This document shows, piece by piece, positions 37,801 to 52,492 of a stretch of DNA of 64,000 nt. This DNA is from Mytilus californianus (Eukaryota). Position 1 is the stretch's first letter; each line of letters starts with the position of its first letter. The position numbers were made by a program, and so were the translations under genes. The notes beneath the pieces were generated by a model. The model was given only the letters and a program-made list of their open reading frames with translations, made no database searches and was not told where the DNA came from. The stretch covers positions 86,304,001 through 86,368,000 of the forward strand of contig NW_026262701.1 of assembly GCF_021869535.1 (NCBI RefSeq), in the 5' to 3' direction.

Positions 37801-39669
37801 ATGAATGAGTATAAAATTGAACGCCATTTGCAAAGAGAGAAAAATGTGTATATTGAGAATGACATAATAGCTAACATATATATGAATAAGAAACGTGGGG
37901 AAACTTAAATGACAAGGTAACTAAAAAACACCCTGAAAAAAGATATCTAGAAGTAATATAGGATTCATGTAGGCGAGGGTTCATAGCAAAGAAATGCCAT
38001 TAAAACCAAATTCCTTTTAATAGTCGACAAAAATTAAAGAACAACGACATTCAGTACGAGGTTCATGAATTAGGACAAAAAACAGTAACATATAGCTATA
38101 TAGATTGTTAAACTAGTTTTTTGAGTAATCAATGTCCTTATTATCTCCATCCTTACGATGAGTTACATAGAAATATGCATGGCTAAAATCAGAACAGGAG
38201 AAAGTTCCGAACTCAAAAATATCGGCATAAAAATCGATAAAATATATAGCAGCAAATAAAACAAAACTAAATAATACCATATCAATCTATGCTCGCAGAT
38301 ACTGAAAGCAAGTTACAACTTTTGTTACACTGCCATGTAGAAACACTCCATATTGCTGTACTTCAGAGTAGATATCATAAAGAAGTGTTCAGAAAAAAAC
38401 ACATTTTTATGAAATGTAATTTTTCACAAGAAAGTTCATACATAAAATGAAAAATAATGAAACATTTAGTCTTGTTTAACAATGTTCTTAAGTGAATAGA
38501 TTAAATGAAGAGAAGATGAAATGGTGTACACTACGAATTTAACAGAAATATAGGGAAACTATAATCTTTATCGAAAAGGAAAGATTAAAAAGCAATTTTT
38601 TTTTTTTATTTTTTTTTTTTTTTTTTGCTTCATTAGAAATAAATCTATTGTGAAGTTGCATATGCAATGCGTTTATTTTTCATTTAATGTATTTATAATC
38701 GTCATTTGAATTCCTTTTACCTGTCTCGTCTGCTACAGTATGCCAATAGAATCGTGTATTACTTACCAGACGTTTCTTTGATTCACGTCTTTGATAGGCG
38801 ATCGAGAAGAAACACTTTTAAAAGTGGTAGGATAAATTTAATACATATGATAAAACAAAACAAAACAAAAGTATTTTAGTCTGGTGTAACAAGAAAGTGT
38901 ATACCAATTGTTCTAACCTCAAAGAAAAGCTGGTATTTTTAAAGGTATTGACATTCAACAGCAGCAAACCCATATGCTTAGTCATGATTGTTTACCTTTT
39001 CACATTGCATTACAACATTTTGGTTGTCTTATCCCCTTATATGATACATGACAGTCCATGTCTACATGTTGACAATGACCTAGAAATTATTTCTTTTGAT
39101 AAATCATAGATAAACCGTGTTATGTAACACGTACATGTATGGCGATTGTTCACGGGGGTCTTTTTCTTTTAGCTTTATATCGATCTATACAATAGTATAA
39201 TACCTTTTAATGATAAATTGTAGGGATATTATGAAAGGGGATTTTGGTGTAAAGTGTGTTACAGTATGTGTCGGTGTACGTAAATACGATAATTTCTTTC
39301 TGTAAAGGGGCATTAGCTGTCAAATTCATGAACACCGACTTGACTCAAATTCTCATATTTGATTTAAAACATAAAAAAAACGTATATCCAAATTACTAAA
39401 GGTCTAAAATAAACAATTAAAAATGCATGAACTCGATAATATATATATGTATCAACATTTCGTGTGTATTTTTGTCTAGACGTCATCTATTTAACCATCG
39501 AGATGACCTCCGAATATTGTCGACGGTCATATAACCAGATATAAACATAAATATAAATATAAATAGATAGCGAACACGTGTAATTGGATTTTTCTAGGTC
39601 TATTTGATTCATATTGTAGGTTAATAAGTATGTCTATCATCGTTTTTACCTGTATAAGAATGATTGGTT

Positions 39670-40150
39670 GCATACCTACACCTCCATTTATTATTGTTGT
39701 ATCTCTTCAGCTTCTTGATATAGCCTTTGTATGCCGAAACTTTATTTCTAAGATTGTCTAATGTTTAGTTAACCATGGTATTTTTTTGCATCATTTGTTT
39801 TCCATCTGGGATGATTCTCTCAAAACGGGTAGTCTGTAAAGTTCTACAATAGTTGTAGCATTATATTTTTTATCAGTTTCACTAAATATCTTCTGTAATG
39901 TTTTTATATGCAGGATTATTAAGTAGATGGATTGCTGGCTCTTTGACGAATACCCACACCTCCTTTTATTATTGTTGTATCTTCTGCTTCTTGGTATAGC
40001 TTTTGTATATGCCGAAACTTTATTTTTAAGTTTGCCTTCTGTTTTCCATCTCGGATGCTTCTCTCAAAACAGATAGTCTCTAAAGTTCTACATTAGTGGT
40101 AGCATATATATCAGTTTATCAGTTTCATTAAAACTAATGTTTTATATACA
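39670..40150. repeat. Diverged local tandem duplication (~250-280 bp period)
   Basis: ACACCTCC.TTTATTATTGTTGTATC...GCCGAAACTT...TTTTCCATCT.GGATG.TTCTCTCAAAAC...AAAGTTCTACA occurs twice. Confidence 0.8.
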
Positions 40151-40604
40151 GTTTTATTGTCAGTTATTAACACACTTTTAAACAAAACTTACATACAGTA
40201 TTTTTTTCTCTTTGACTGCAGAACATACCATGTGTTCTTGTGGTATTAGATTGATTAATTAATAATATGGATGTTTGTTGAATGTCCATTGACAGGAATT
40301 CAGGAATCAGGATAAAAACAAATCGATCAAAAAATCGATTTCAAAAGTTCTGATAAGTGTGCTAAACCGGACGATGAGTGGGAAATTTGGACTGCTGGTG
40401 AAACAAAAATGTTTTGGCAGATTTTTTTCTTTGAAACAGGTCACCATCTGACACCATAATGTCATTGCGAGGGTACTTTCACGTGCAGAGAGCCTGGCAT
40501 TCACCCAATATGGACCATCAGATTTAATTCACATTTTGACAGGTTCATTTGAGGATGCCCGATCAATACGGGCCATATACAAGAGAAGTTCATTTGACCA
40601 TATT

Positions 40605-40822
40605 TGCAACATGTGGAGCAGTATCTGCTTACTCCTCCGGCACCTCCCTTGAATTACCCCCGCCTTTTTGTAAGGTTCGTGTTGCTCAGTCTTTGGTTTT
40701 CTATGTTGTGTTTTGTATACTGTTGTTTGTCTTTTGATCTTTTTTAGTCTTTTACCATGGCATTGTCAGTTTGTTTTCGACTAATCAGTTTGTATGTCCC
40801 ATTGGTATTTTTCGCCTCTCTT
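40605..40822 (+). mobile_element. Noncoding 3' tail of the Penelope-like/SINE-like repeat family
   Basis: GGAGCAG.ATCTGCTTAC..TCCGG.CACC...GTTCGTGTTGCTCA.TCTTT.GTTTTCTATGTTGTG...GGTATTTTTCGCCTCTC is similar to the reverse complement of 2451-2700. Confidence 0.65.
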
Positions 40823-43800
40823 CTATATCCCAGCCAACACTTTGAGCTTGTTATCAAGTTTAAAGTCAACTCAACATACCTTGATATAAATCGGTTAAGG
40901 TCACGATGATAAATCTGTAAGGTAAAAATCATGAGTGAAGTTTCCAATAAACATACTTATTGATTTCGTAAGTATTCGACCAAATATTACCTTTTGTATC
41001 CTTTCACGTATATTTGTGTGAGAGGTCATATATGTTCTGTTCCTTTGTACAATTCTAAGGACATTGTATGAACAACTAACTAATCTAGTTTGATCTATGA
41101 GTACTTCAACAATCTCTCAACAATAAATACTGTTTTCTAGAATATCACTTTTATGCGAAATGCGTATGCGAAGGAAACATACAACCGGTAGATATTGATA
41201 GCATCATGTTTTGATAAGAATCATTTGCTTATAAAATGATCATTGTATGTAAACATCGTTTCGATATATAACGTCTATTGACCTTTTGATGATTTTTTGT
41301 TGTTTTGGTTTTTTAAGCCTTTTTGGGAGCGGAAGTGTGGTTGCTATTTCATCAAAATAAATACAACATCCCATTTAATGTTACATCAGTATATCAATCA
41401 AAGTTTAACATATTCGAATTGTAAGTTTTTGTCATCATGAATATTTGTAACATAAGATTGATATATCATCAAAAGTAGTCTAGTCAAAATCGTATAAGGT
41501 CAAGCTTGTCTGATAAAGTATTATGATAATTACGTAGGACGAACATTGTTTCCGCTAACTGTTTTCATATATAAAACATGGTTTCGGTATGTACACATTG
41601 TTTTGTTATAGAATCATTTTGTATATACATTTATATTTCAAATGATTCAATCATCGTGCTCTAAAATTGAATATTTAATACAGATGGATGATAACAATTA
41701 CATTATCAACAAATATTGCATCAATATACTGTTACAAGGACGTTTAGACATTATCTAGTCAAGGTGAAATTAAATTTCAGAATGTAATAGTTCAATACAA
41801 TGAGAGATTAGGGAATTTGGATAAACAAAAACCCTTGAAATAAGGCATGTTCTTTTTGTTTTTTGATTGTCATCTTTCTTAATTGTTGCCAAATAAACAA
41901 TATCATGCATAAAAAGGTGCACCCGTTTACAAAACAATTTAACATCACGTGGCTGCATGTTAAATACTTCATACAATGCCAGGTCTTGCGGTAATTAAAA
42001 TTTCGAGAACGATTATCGTACTCAGACTAAAAATTCTCTGATTAAAATACTGGATTTCGGTGTTCCGAGAACATTTTTTTTAACTCCTAGTACTAAGTTT
42101 GATAACCGAGAGCTCGGGTCGCTTGCATCGAAAGTATTGTTTATTTATTGCCTTTTTGTCATGGGTCTTATGGTAACAAAAGAAACAAGTTTTTACGCCA
42201 TGTTCTTTAATAAGTTATACTAGAGTAAGTGATTACAAGTGTAGAGTGGGGAGAAGATACCAAGGGGTGGGGGTAGAGGGGAGTCAATCAAAAACTAAAA
42301 GTCGAAAAAAAACAAACAGTACTATAGTCAACAGAAAAATTACAAACAAAAAAAACAGTCCAATAAACAGACAAAACTATAGACAGTGCACCATAACCCC
42401 CTGCCCTACGAATAAGGGGTTGAACTCTGGTTATCCGAAACGGTAAGTAGTTCCTGTTCCACTAATCAAACCCCTCATGCTGCATACAGTTTAATTTTTT
42501 TTTTCAAGTTGGTGTGTTTTGATATACATCGAGCAATATGATTGTGACGCTCGTGCATAAAAGTTTAGAATACTTATTTGTAAGTTAAACCGTTGATTCT
42601 TTGTTATTATGTATTACCCTTTTGTTATTCGTTCCATGATTTGATAAGCTAGTAATACCTATGTCTAATGATTTGATTGGCCATTGAAACGCATTGTTTA
42701 ATTTTATGGTTCATCCGACAAACATGAAAGCAGCAAATAAATATGCTGTAAATTTTTAATCCCGTGATTTTAATTCAATTTTACGTTTGTCTAGAACTAG
42801 CTTACTTTAATATATAGGGTTTACTCATATCAATATAATCGGTAAAACAAATGAGATATACAAGCAGTCAAACTGAGATTTGTCTCGGTATTTTGTTGAT
42901 AACTTTGTATATCGTGATACTATTCACACAAATCTTGTCAAGGTATCAGTTAAACTGTTTGTATACTCGAATATATGATTAAAATTTTCTGAATTCCGAT
43001 TTTTTTATCAGTATAAGTCTTCTGTAATCAAGTTTGAAATTTTCAAACGAGAAGAGGTAATCCGGCCTTAAAAATGTCTTCAATGAATATAAGTATAGTC
43101 ACTTCCTGAACATTATTTAAGTTTCCGACCGTTCAAGACCCTCATGGGTAGTCAATGTCGTTAAAAAAAACCTCGTCATTTAAGTTGATTATAACCCAAT
43201 TAATCCAGTCGTTATATTCCTACTCACTATCGATCGCTTCTCCAGAGGACACTGAGACACATAGAGGGCGCTGAATCATTCGCGTTAACTTGATCACCGA
43301 TTATTGTAAAAAAAAAATCGCTCGCCCGAAATCAGAAGAACAACTTTGCCATATATTCTACCCAAGGACCACTTCCAAATACACAATAAAGAACAATCCA
43401 TTTGCCTGACTAAGTTTATTTTTTCATTGTTAATATGACAACAATGAGGGAGTCAAATATTGTAGCATTCAAATTATATGATAAAAATACGGAAGACGTT
43501 TCGATCACTGCCGTGTTATTTTTTATTTATTTGTCATAATTTGTCTATTTAAACCGTCATTGTTCAGAGATAGATGTATTTTGTTACCAATCTACTAGAC
43601 ATAATAACTAATTGTTTTGTACTATTAAAAAAGTCCACTATCAATACACTTTTTTTTATAAATACCCCTATCATTTGTTATCGGGTGTATTGCCTTGCCA
43701 ATCAGGAATGTGGAAGATAACGGTATAAAAGACACAAAATTTACGATAGTTTACTTTAAATGTATACGGATACGGTCACATTCAGATATTAAAAGCATCT

Positions 43801-45602
43801 CGGTGAAAAATCGTGTTTCCCGATTTTTTTAATATCACATATGTTATTTAAGAAAACGGAGACATATTCGGACAACAGTGTAATTAGCAACTTTAAATCT
43901 GCATTAAATTACCTAAAATTATCTGGAAACCGATACTACTTGTTGCGCAAGGTGAGTAGATGCTGCTAATTGCTTTACCTGGATGCATGTAGGTTTTACT
44001 TACGTTTCATGTTTGAAGCGTGGAACGTTTGCTTTATACTAATTGCTTCATCACAATTGATTTCTATTCATAGTTATCTGCAATTGAAATAAATAAATTG
44101 TCCCGAAAATACAGTTATTTCGTAGTGCATTTCTTTTAGACAATAAATGCAAATTAAAAAAATCGCACCTGCGCTTTCTCAATAATATTTTTACAGTGTG
44201 GTGTACTAAACTACTTTTGGGGAAAAATTATATCGAAATTACAGAAACTTCATCAGCTCCAACTCAAAATATGGACAATTTTGTGTTAAGGGGGTCTTAA
44301 ATTATGTTTGACAGCTTCAGACATACTAATTTTTAATCTTTTCTTTTCAACTGGCCAAATCACTACTCTACTTTAAAATTCATGACCTATTTTTCATCCC
44401 CTACTTGATATTTGAGGCATAAAAAATGAAGAAATGAATTAGGAAGGGTTGTGAACAAAATTTGCGAGTAATACACAGTCCACATTAGGAACTATATTTA
44501 ATCAAAGTACGATAACTGTGTTCCCGGGCCAAATTGATTGATTGGTGTTTGCTTTACGCTACATCAGCGCAAAAAGACTATATCGCGGCGAGGAAATAAA
44601 TAAATACTTGTGCTCTGTTAAGTATTTTAAACGATTTTACAGTTATACTGCATTGTCCTTCTGCAGTTGGTATTTTTTTCGAATCTTTTCCTGAAAGCAG
44701 GAACTACTTAATCTACATTTGCCTTACATGAGGCGGAACCATCTACTGTACCAAAATTGCGTACAGTTTTTATTGTTCAATCATTTATTTTATTCCAGCT
44801 CTGCATCCTTTTGTGCAAAAACAATTGTTTCTTACTAGTATTTAAAGTAATACTGATATAAGTAAAGTGTTACATAAACGTGAATCAATATAAGTGTATG
44901 CATGTTATTTGCATAATATAATCTTTATTGGCAGTGAATCAGAACATTATGACATATTATTGAATCATTCACCATTACGGGTGAATGATGAACCTCAAAT
45001 GTCTATTGATTCGAGCATAGTTGCGTCAAAAGTTTTACTTAATAAACGTAAATATATTGAGGTAATAGTTTTGATATAAAAACAAAATATATGTTACAAT
45101 CATATCTAACCAGTATATACAGTAATCTAATCAGGATCTCCAAATCAGACAGTCAGCTAAACTTAATGTATTGATGTTCTTTGTTGTCTGTATCCCGACA
45201 AGCCTAAGCATTTAACATGGTAAGCTCGGCTTCGTGGAAATAAAACTACCTTTTTTGACAGCCTTAGTATTTAACATGTTGGTTACCTGGACTTTTTTCC
45301 TTAATAAGACAAGCCTTAGAAGTTATTGTGTTGGTTTCTTAAACTTTCGGTCTCCAAGACAAGCTTATAGCATTAAAATAATTTGTTAAGCTGGGCTTCG
45401 TGTGGAGTCGCATGGCGGGTGATGCAAACATAGCAGAATAAGCTTTCTCTGTCAACGCACCCGGTATTGCTCCTTTTAAAGTTCTTGTGATTCCCTAAGT
45501 TATTGTTTGTTACCTTGATTTGTCTTCTTAGTCGATTTATGAGATTTGAACATCGGTAACTTCTGTTGCTTTAATTTAGTGCTTACAACAAAATCAATAG
45601 AT

Positions 45603-45804
45603 ATAAGAAGATGTGGTATGAGTGCCAATGAGACAACTCTCCATCCAAGTCACAATTTGTAAAAGTAAACCATTATATGTCAAAGTACGGTCTTCAACAC
45701 GGAGCCTTGGCTCACTCCGAACAGCAAGCTATAATGGGCCCAAAAATGACTAGTGTAAAACCATTCAAACAGGAAAACCAACGGTCTAATCTATATAAAA
45801 AACG
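45603..45804 (+). mobile_element. High-copy interspersed repeat (AAGAAGATGTGGTATGAGTGCCAATGAGACAAC family)
   Basis: Near-identical reverse copy at 55085-55285. Degraded copies at ~28700-28755, 35735-35900, 36850-37015 and 61269-61530. Confidence 0.8.
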
Positions 45805-47344
45805 CTACTTACCTTTGGTGTCTCTGCAGTGTTTGGTTTTTTTCTTCTTCCTTATTGTCGTTGTACATTAGATTGTGTCCCCGTTGACCTATTTGCATTT
45901 GTTCATCTATTATTAGCCTTTAAACCTTAATATACATGCAACATTACAAGATAAAATGTGAAGTTGAAGTTCATCGTTAGAATTTTTCAATTTTATACCC
46001 AGGTATAAAAATAGTAAAGGAACGTTTCATAAGAAATGAATTCGTTTTCTTGTTATAATCATGAGTGTACGGAATTGTACAGTGCATTTTTAACACCGGT
46101 GTAAACTTCCAAGCACCCCTGATTACACCAAGATAACTAATAATATCATCTACTAGCATATATTTATACGTTATGTTTCAAGAAAAAAATGCTTTACACG
46201 TTCTGTTTCTAATTAAAGTTTTATTATTTTACACAAAGCCCCCCCCCCTTTTTTTTTACATATTACAATATTAAGATCGATCAATTCTCAGCTACTCAAT
46301 ATACATGTTAAATGTTTTCTACAGTATTTGAAATAAAATTAGAAAAAAATATAATATAAATGCCTGTGGTCGTTGTACACATTGAGATGATGGCCCTTCT
46401 CAAAAAGGATACCTGTAGGCGTCGGTATCGAATAGTTTTCGAAAATGTCTACTTAAATATGCAATGTTTTTCTGGGTAGCATTTTATATTTCATTTTTCA
46501 ATGTATGTGCAATTATCTTATCTATTATTTGTTCAGCAAAGGTTGCTTCTATTTTAAAAGTTCTCATTCAGTAATATTTGAGGATTAGTGAGTTTACATG
46601 TACCGATGTTTTATAAATTTGGCAGTGCATTTGGGGTTATCCAGAAAACATGTATCAATCCGTTACGTGTATGCCTTGTCACTAGTAATGACTTTATCAA
46701 CGAATTTTAAATAGATGTACTGAGTTCACCCCGGCTTTCAGTATGATTTAAGTTGATAAATCTTTAGCTTTCTACGTTGCTTTTTTTTAACTGTTTGTTG
46801 TTCGTCTTTTAAGGTGTTCATAATGTTATAATGTCTTTCTTCGACTTCTCCTTTTTTTTAAAAAAGCGATACGGTATTCTTCTACAAAAAGTCTTGATAA
46901 GTCTAACTTTACATATTCGACTCAGCCTGACCTTATTTTAAGAAGCCACATTATGTGGATAGGTATATGAAATAGTGGTTTATCTACATTATAATTGTTC
47001 AAAACAAAGAAATAGAAGTCTGCGTAAAAAAAGTTTACTGAGACACTGCACTGGTCGGTACCAGTTAGTATGTACCAACAGTTACAAGTTATATCGTCAA
47101 CTGGTATTTTATGCAATAATGAATGTTGCGTAATACGGCATACTGCTTTTATCTTAAGACAGAAACTGTTATTAATTTTTTTTTTTTTAAACTTTGAATT
47201 GTTTGAATCGATTCAGACAAAAATGTTGAGTTTTTGTATAACTCTCTTGCTGCCGCTAACATTGCGTTTGCCAGGAAAAACGGCAGCTTCACGTCTGTGA
47301 CTTCACGATACCCGACTATGACTTCATTCGATTAATTTGAAGCA

Positions 47345-47530
47345 AAGCTCTGATGACGTTACATTGGAGGCCCATTGAAGAAAAATTTTACACTATAGAT
47401 AATCTTCTATGTTTTTGGCACCGTCGGTGCGGATACATGTGTCCTTCCGGCAGCAAGAAGGTTAACGCGTCGTGGGAAGATACGCGTGCGGGGACACGAC
47501 GTCATCTGGATTCACTTTGTGACGTTTTCG
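47345..47530 (+). promoter_or_regulatory. CpG-enriched putative promoter/5' region of the SLC4 gene
   Basis: Locally CpG-rich. CRE-like motifs TGACGTTA (47354), CGACGTCA (47497) and TGACGT (47520), plus an inverted CCAAT (47363), 200-400 bp before the candidate ATG. Confidence 0.35.
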
Positions 47531-47733
47531 ATTTTTGTAAACTTACCGTTTCCGTGCTCAGACAATATAATATCAAAGCTACCTTATAAGAACACATTTT
47601 ATACGACATACTCTTATCTTTATATTGCAATTAAATTAAATTCAAATTTCTATTTTGTAATAGAGATGAATCAAACTTATTACATTCTTTTTGGGTTCAG
47701 AAAGAAGACTGCACAACCTAAACAAGCATCAAA

Positions 47734-47794
47734 ATGAATGGCATGAATGGGTCATACGAAGTGAAAAATGGAGAGCATTTAAGTCACAGAAAAC
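47734..47794 (+). CDS. SLC4: SLC4 candidate first coding exon (MNGMNGSYEVKNGEHLSHRK)
   Basis: ATG in AAAATG context, donor C|GTAAGT, and phase 1 matches the acceptor at 55575. No homology support for this peptide. Confidence 0.5.
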
Positions 47795-50700
47795 GTAAGT
47801 ACATTGTTTTAATCATTCAAAATAAATTCTTCTTAAAGTAAAGATTAAACAAAAGAAAATAATATATATCCATCCGTTTCCATAAATCGGGTCGCATATG
47901 GCATTGTCCTAATTATCTTCCATATATGAAGAGAATTCGAAAAGATTTTTCAGATTATTTGTTTAAAGCACCAAAGACGAATATACTGCAGAAACTAAAT
48001 TAAGTTACCAGTGAAGTATTGAAATTACCCGTTTTCTTTCATTTGTATTTTTCAAAGGTGTCAGATCCGATTAACCTAAAATGGTCAAATGTAAAATGAC
48101 CACTGTTGTGACAAACTGGCAGGTCAAGAGAAATTCAATGATGTTCTCTGTCATGTTTCCATTAGTTAAGGTGTCTATGCTATTGCTATGAAAAATATTT
48201 AGCACATAAACATTTCTTACAAGACATCTACGATGCAAAAACAGAGTATGAGGTTGACAATGTCATCATCGCTTAAATAGTTTTTTTCAAATTCATATTA
48301 CTCAATATTTGAAAATACTATTCAGTAGATATTTGTAAACTGAGTTAGTCTAAATAGCCATAATAGCCAATTGCACGGAATGTGATAGTCAGCATAAGCT
48401 TAAGACACTGTTTTACATTTATTAGTTGCCGGTTTCCGAGAGGAGGGGGGGGGGGGTGCTTCAGATATATATATATTTCACTTTGTCTTTCCACTTGTGA
48501 CCTCGAGTATATGATATGTCGAATGTTTCAAAGTTGGTATATGCCCTAAAACAAGTGTTTGTACTATGTGTATTGGTTGTTGTTTCTCAGAGAAAGAAAT
48601 TCCCATTAAGTTCATTATTGGACAATCGATTAATAAAACAACAGTTGTTTTTACATCTGTGTAACTAATCGACTCAATCAACTCAATGACAATTGCAGAG
48701 CATCGAACGTAACGATAGATTCGATTGTCGAATACCTTTGTCAAAAATTACTGATCAGAAGGAAGAAAGGAACAGTGCCATATTTATTGGTACATTCGTA
48801 CTCAAGTCCTGTACAAGTGGATAATGAAATGTGCTAGTATGTCTGTCCCAAGTCAGGAACCTGTATTATCGTTAGTTGCTGTCTGTCATATTTGTGTTTC
48901 GTTTATTGTTTCAAGAATGGATCAGGAAAATTACCAGAAGGCATTCTATTCCAGTTCATTTGATTTAAAATGTACTACATTCGATCAGACTCTGGCCTAC
49001 AAAATTGTGTTCCCTTCTTTGGTTGAAGTCGACCTTTGTGTTTTGATATGTGATATATTATTACGCGTATGATTGTTCTTTACAAAACATTCTTTTGTGT
49101 TTCCTACTAAAGAGTACCTTCCAAAAAGATATCATCATTGATAAACATATAAGATACATTTTTAAGTGTTTCAGTTCAGTATTTTTCTTTTCCTCTTCAT
49201 AATTCATTTTTCACAATATTAGACTACGACCAAAAAGTCTTGAACGCACTTTTTAGTGCAATTCAAAACTATGAATTGACTTTCAATGGCTTGTTGAACA
49301 TGTATTTAAATGTTAGTAAAATAAGTAATATCTAAAGTCTCTACACCTGCGGTTTACTGTGATAGCAAATGACAATGACATTTGCCAGCGAATACAATTG
49401 TAACTTCAACCCACTCATTGTATCTATTTTATATTAAGTATGATCGAGTGACGTATTTCGAAAGAACTATATAAAAGTTAATGACTTTCTGTTTAACACA
49501 CGGCTATATTATATACCATTCGAAAGCATATTATCTGTGTTTTCTATCTTGTCCGTTCATCAAAAAACCGTGCGTTGGAAATTCTGTGAAATCAAGATCA
49601 AAGGTTGATACACATTTATAATTTATGCAAGGGTTAGAAAAAATACTGGTTGTCTCTTGAATGTGATAAAAGGATTCAAAAACGTACGAATCTTATAGAA
49701 TAGAATACAATAATTTCCATTCAGACGTACAACTAGCGATCAATTAAGTATTTTTTTCACAATTTCCAAATATATCAGATCTTTGGATTTGCAGTTTTTA
49801 AGAATTCTTTTCCACGAAAATGACAATGTTCAAGCAAGATATATTCCTTTGTGGATCTGAGGAAATTTGTGTCATCATTCTAAACTGGTTTCCATATACA
49901 TTGTCATGGAAACAGCCATCTATGGAAGCTTTTACCGTTGCCCTATATACCGCCATTTGCAAAATAGAGAACTTTCGCTTTTCTATGATTACATTACATA
50001 ATAAATTGATTGTCAATAATTTCTGATAATTTTCTAAGTAGTAGTATACTAGTAGTAATAAAAATGCTACAAAGAAATAAGCGGGCTGCATGTACAGCGA
50101 ATTTAGTTTTTGAACGTATTTTCATTTGTAGTCATATTTGAAGTGCCAAATGACTTTGCTCCCAAAGCAGCACCAACGGCAACATTGCCAAACCAATTAC
50201 TTGTGTTTACAATGACATAATCGATTGTATTATATCTACAAACCAAATTCATTACTACTTCCTTTCTTGATAGCTATTGTATTTGTATAAGCTGCAATGG
50301 TTTGTTCTTTTCATATCAATTGAGGTTGATAAATGATGTCAAAAATTTCCTTAGCATTTAACAATGGTTCGTGGTAATAAATAAATGATTCACTAAGAAA
50401 TCGCTTGGCTTTCTGTCAATTTTACTATTTTTATTTGGATTGTCTGAAAAGGGCAATTTTTATTCAAAATTACGTAATTTATACTTTAAGTACGATTGAT
50501 TATGGAACTTAGGTTTGTTCTTTAAGTTTTTAATGTGTTCATAAACTATTTTAATATTCAGCAGACAGAATATGTAATTGATGCTGACATTTTGAAAAAT
50601 AAGACATCGTTCGTCCTTGAACTTTGACTTTGATTTGACGGACATTGTACCGTACGACAGGGTAAAAAATGGTGCAGATGAAATGAGTTCGAATGGTACA

Positions 50701-52492
50701 TAACATAGCATTTTTAATATCGATGCGTTCAAAAAGAAATCACAAGCCTAATATCACCCCACTCAAGTTATAAACAATGAGCTGAAAATCTTACGTTTGA
50801 TAAAAAATTGAATTGACCGACATTGGTCTTAATCTTACATCATTATCAACAATGGTTAGTGAGTAAACTAAAGTTGTTTGATAAAAGAACTTCGTGTTAT
50901 ACATACATATACAAGGCCGTTTTCAATATCTGTACAGTTGTTATGTAATTATGATAAGGTTGTTCTATTTTAAGATTGGCAAACAGGTGATAAAGGTCAC
51001 ATAATCACGAGACAAACTTTAAATGATAACATGTACGTCAGTTTTTTATTGCTGTGCCTTTAACTAGTTTTCATACCAAGATTTCTGTCATACATTTTTA
51101 GAAGACTGACATAATATTTTGATGAATTGGCATAAATAAAAATAGGTCGAATTGAGGTTATATCTTCGAAGCATTAAGGCGGATTTAATTGAACAATTTT
51201 AAAATAAAGCGAACTTTCACTCCTAACTACATAAAAATCTTTCTCAAGATATAGATCTTTAAATTGTTGTGTATTGGATAAAGTGACCTGAGAGTAATTT
51301 AAATGTCTCCAGTCTTGATTGATTGCTGTCTTATCAATTTTAAAAGCTCCAAGTTCAAGGTTACTATCGGACTCTCTGACATTTACTTGACCTGTACTCG
51401 TATGATTAACGGAAAGTCAATATTGCTGTTACTTATAATTCTGCAAGGGTCTTTTATTATAACCCCTTCCTCTTGATTAAAAAACTGATCCTGTGTCCAA
51501 GCTTTGTTAGGATCTAAAAACGTTCTACTTTCTGGTTTAAAGACATTTCGGGACCCTACTTGTTTTGGCGGATTAATTCACAGCCTCACAAATTTGAAGG
51601 CTGAAATTTGTTTGCCTGATGTAATAATTACCAGAACAGAGAGTACAACGGAGTGTTTTCAGATCCTTGTAAGCAAAGCCTGGACACAAGATCTCTATTT
51701 TATTCAGATTGGTACTACATGTATTTATTTTGGCAGATTTTAATTATGTCATACCATCAGTTTGTTTTGTTATAAGACGACAATGGTTTCATACCAATAT
51801 CCTTAACTTGTGTATGTAGTTTATTGTTATTTATCTTACTACACGCGTGTGTGAAGTTATATGTTTCCAACAGATTATGCCGAATTTTTCATGAATTATC
51901 ATTGAAAAGTTATTGTACATTGTTTAATCAAAAACTCGTATGGAAAGCGGTATATATTGATCATTACAAGTTGATTTGGAAAGGGTTTATCTTCATAAGA
52001 AGTTTTTATAAAGGAAGATATATATTAATATGACTAAAATAAACTTTATTTGATTTTGTTTGTGAACAAGACAAAACAATACATGAATTAAAAAGGGATA
52101 TGGTACACGTCGATGTAGCATCCTATTCAAAAAGTCACACGACTTCAACAATTGACCAGCATTTTTCTTCAAAATATTAACGCGAAATGGCGACAATAAT
52201 TATAGATGAAAATATTGATTATAGATGGAAATATTCCAACTTGTTCTGACTTTTAGAGTTCTATGGTTAACATTTTTATAATTTGTTCATTATGATATGT
52301 TATTAAATAAAACGAGATGTGGGGTATACGTATGAGACAGCGACGTAGGAGTCTACATATCAACAATCTTCGACAGCAGAAAGAATGTCTATACTAGATA
52401 GATTTGGGTTTGAATTTCTGTTTGTTTATCATTTGACTACTTGTCCTACATTTTAATTTATCTTGTATGTTCAACGTTTTATGGATCAAGTT

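Noticed and set aside
40290-40560. ORF 40307-40504 and the adjacent GC-richer tract as an exon
   Set aside because: No recognisable motif or consistent splice/phase partners.
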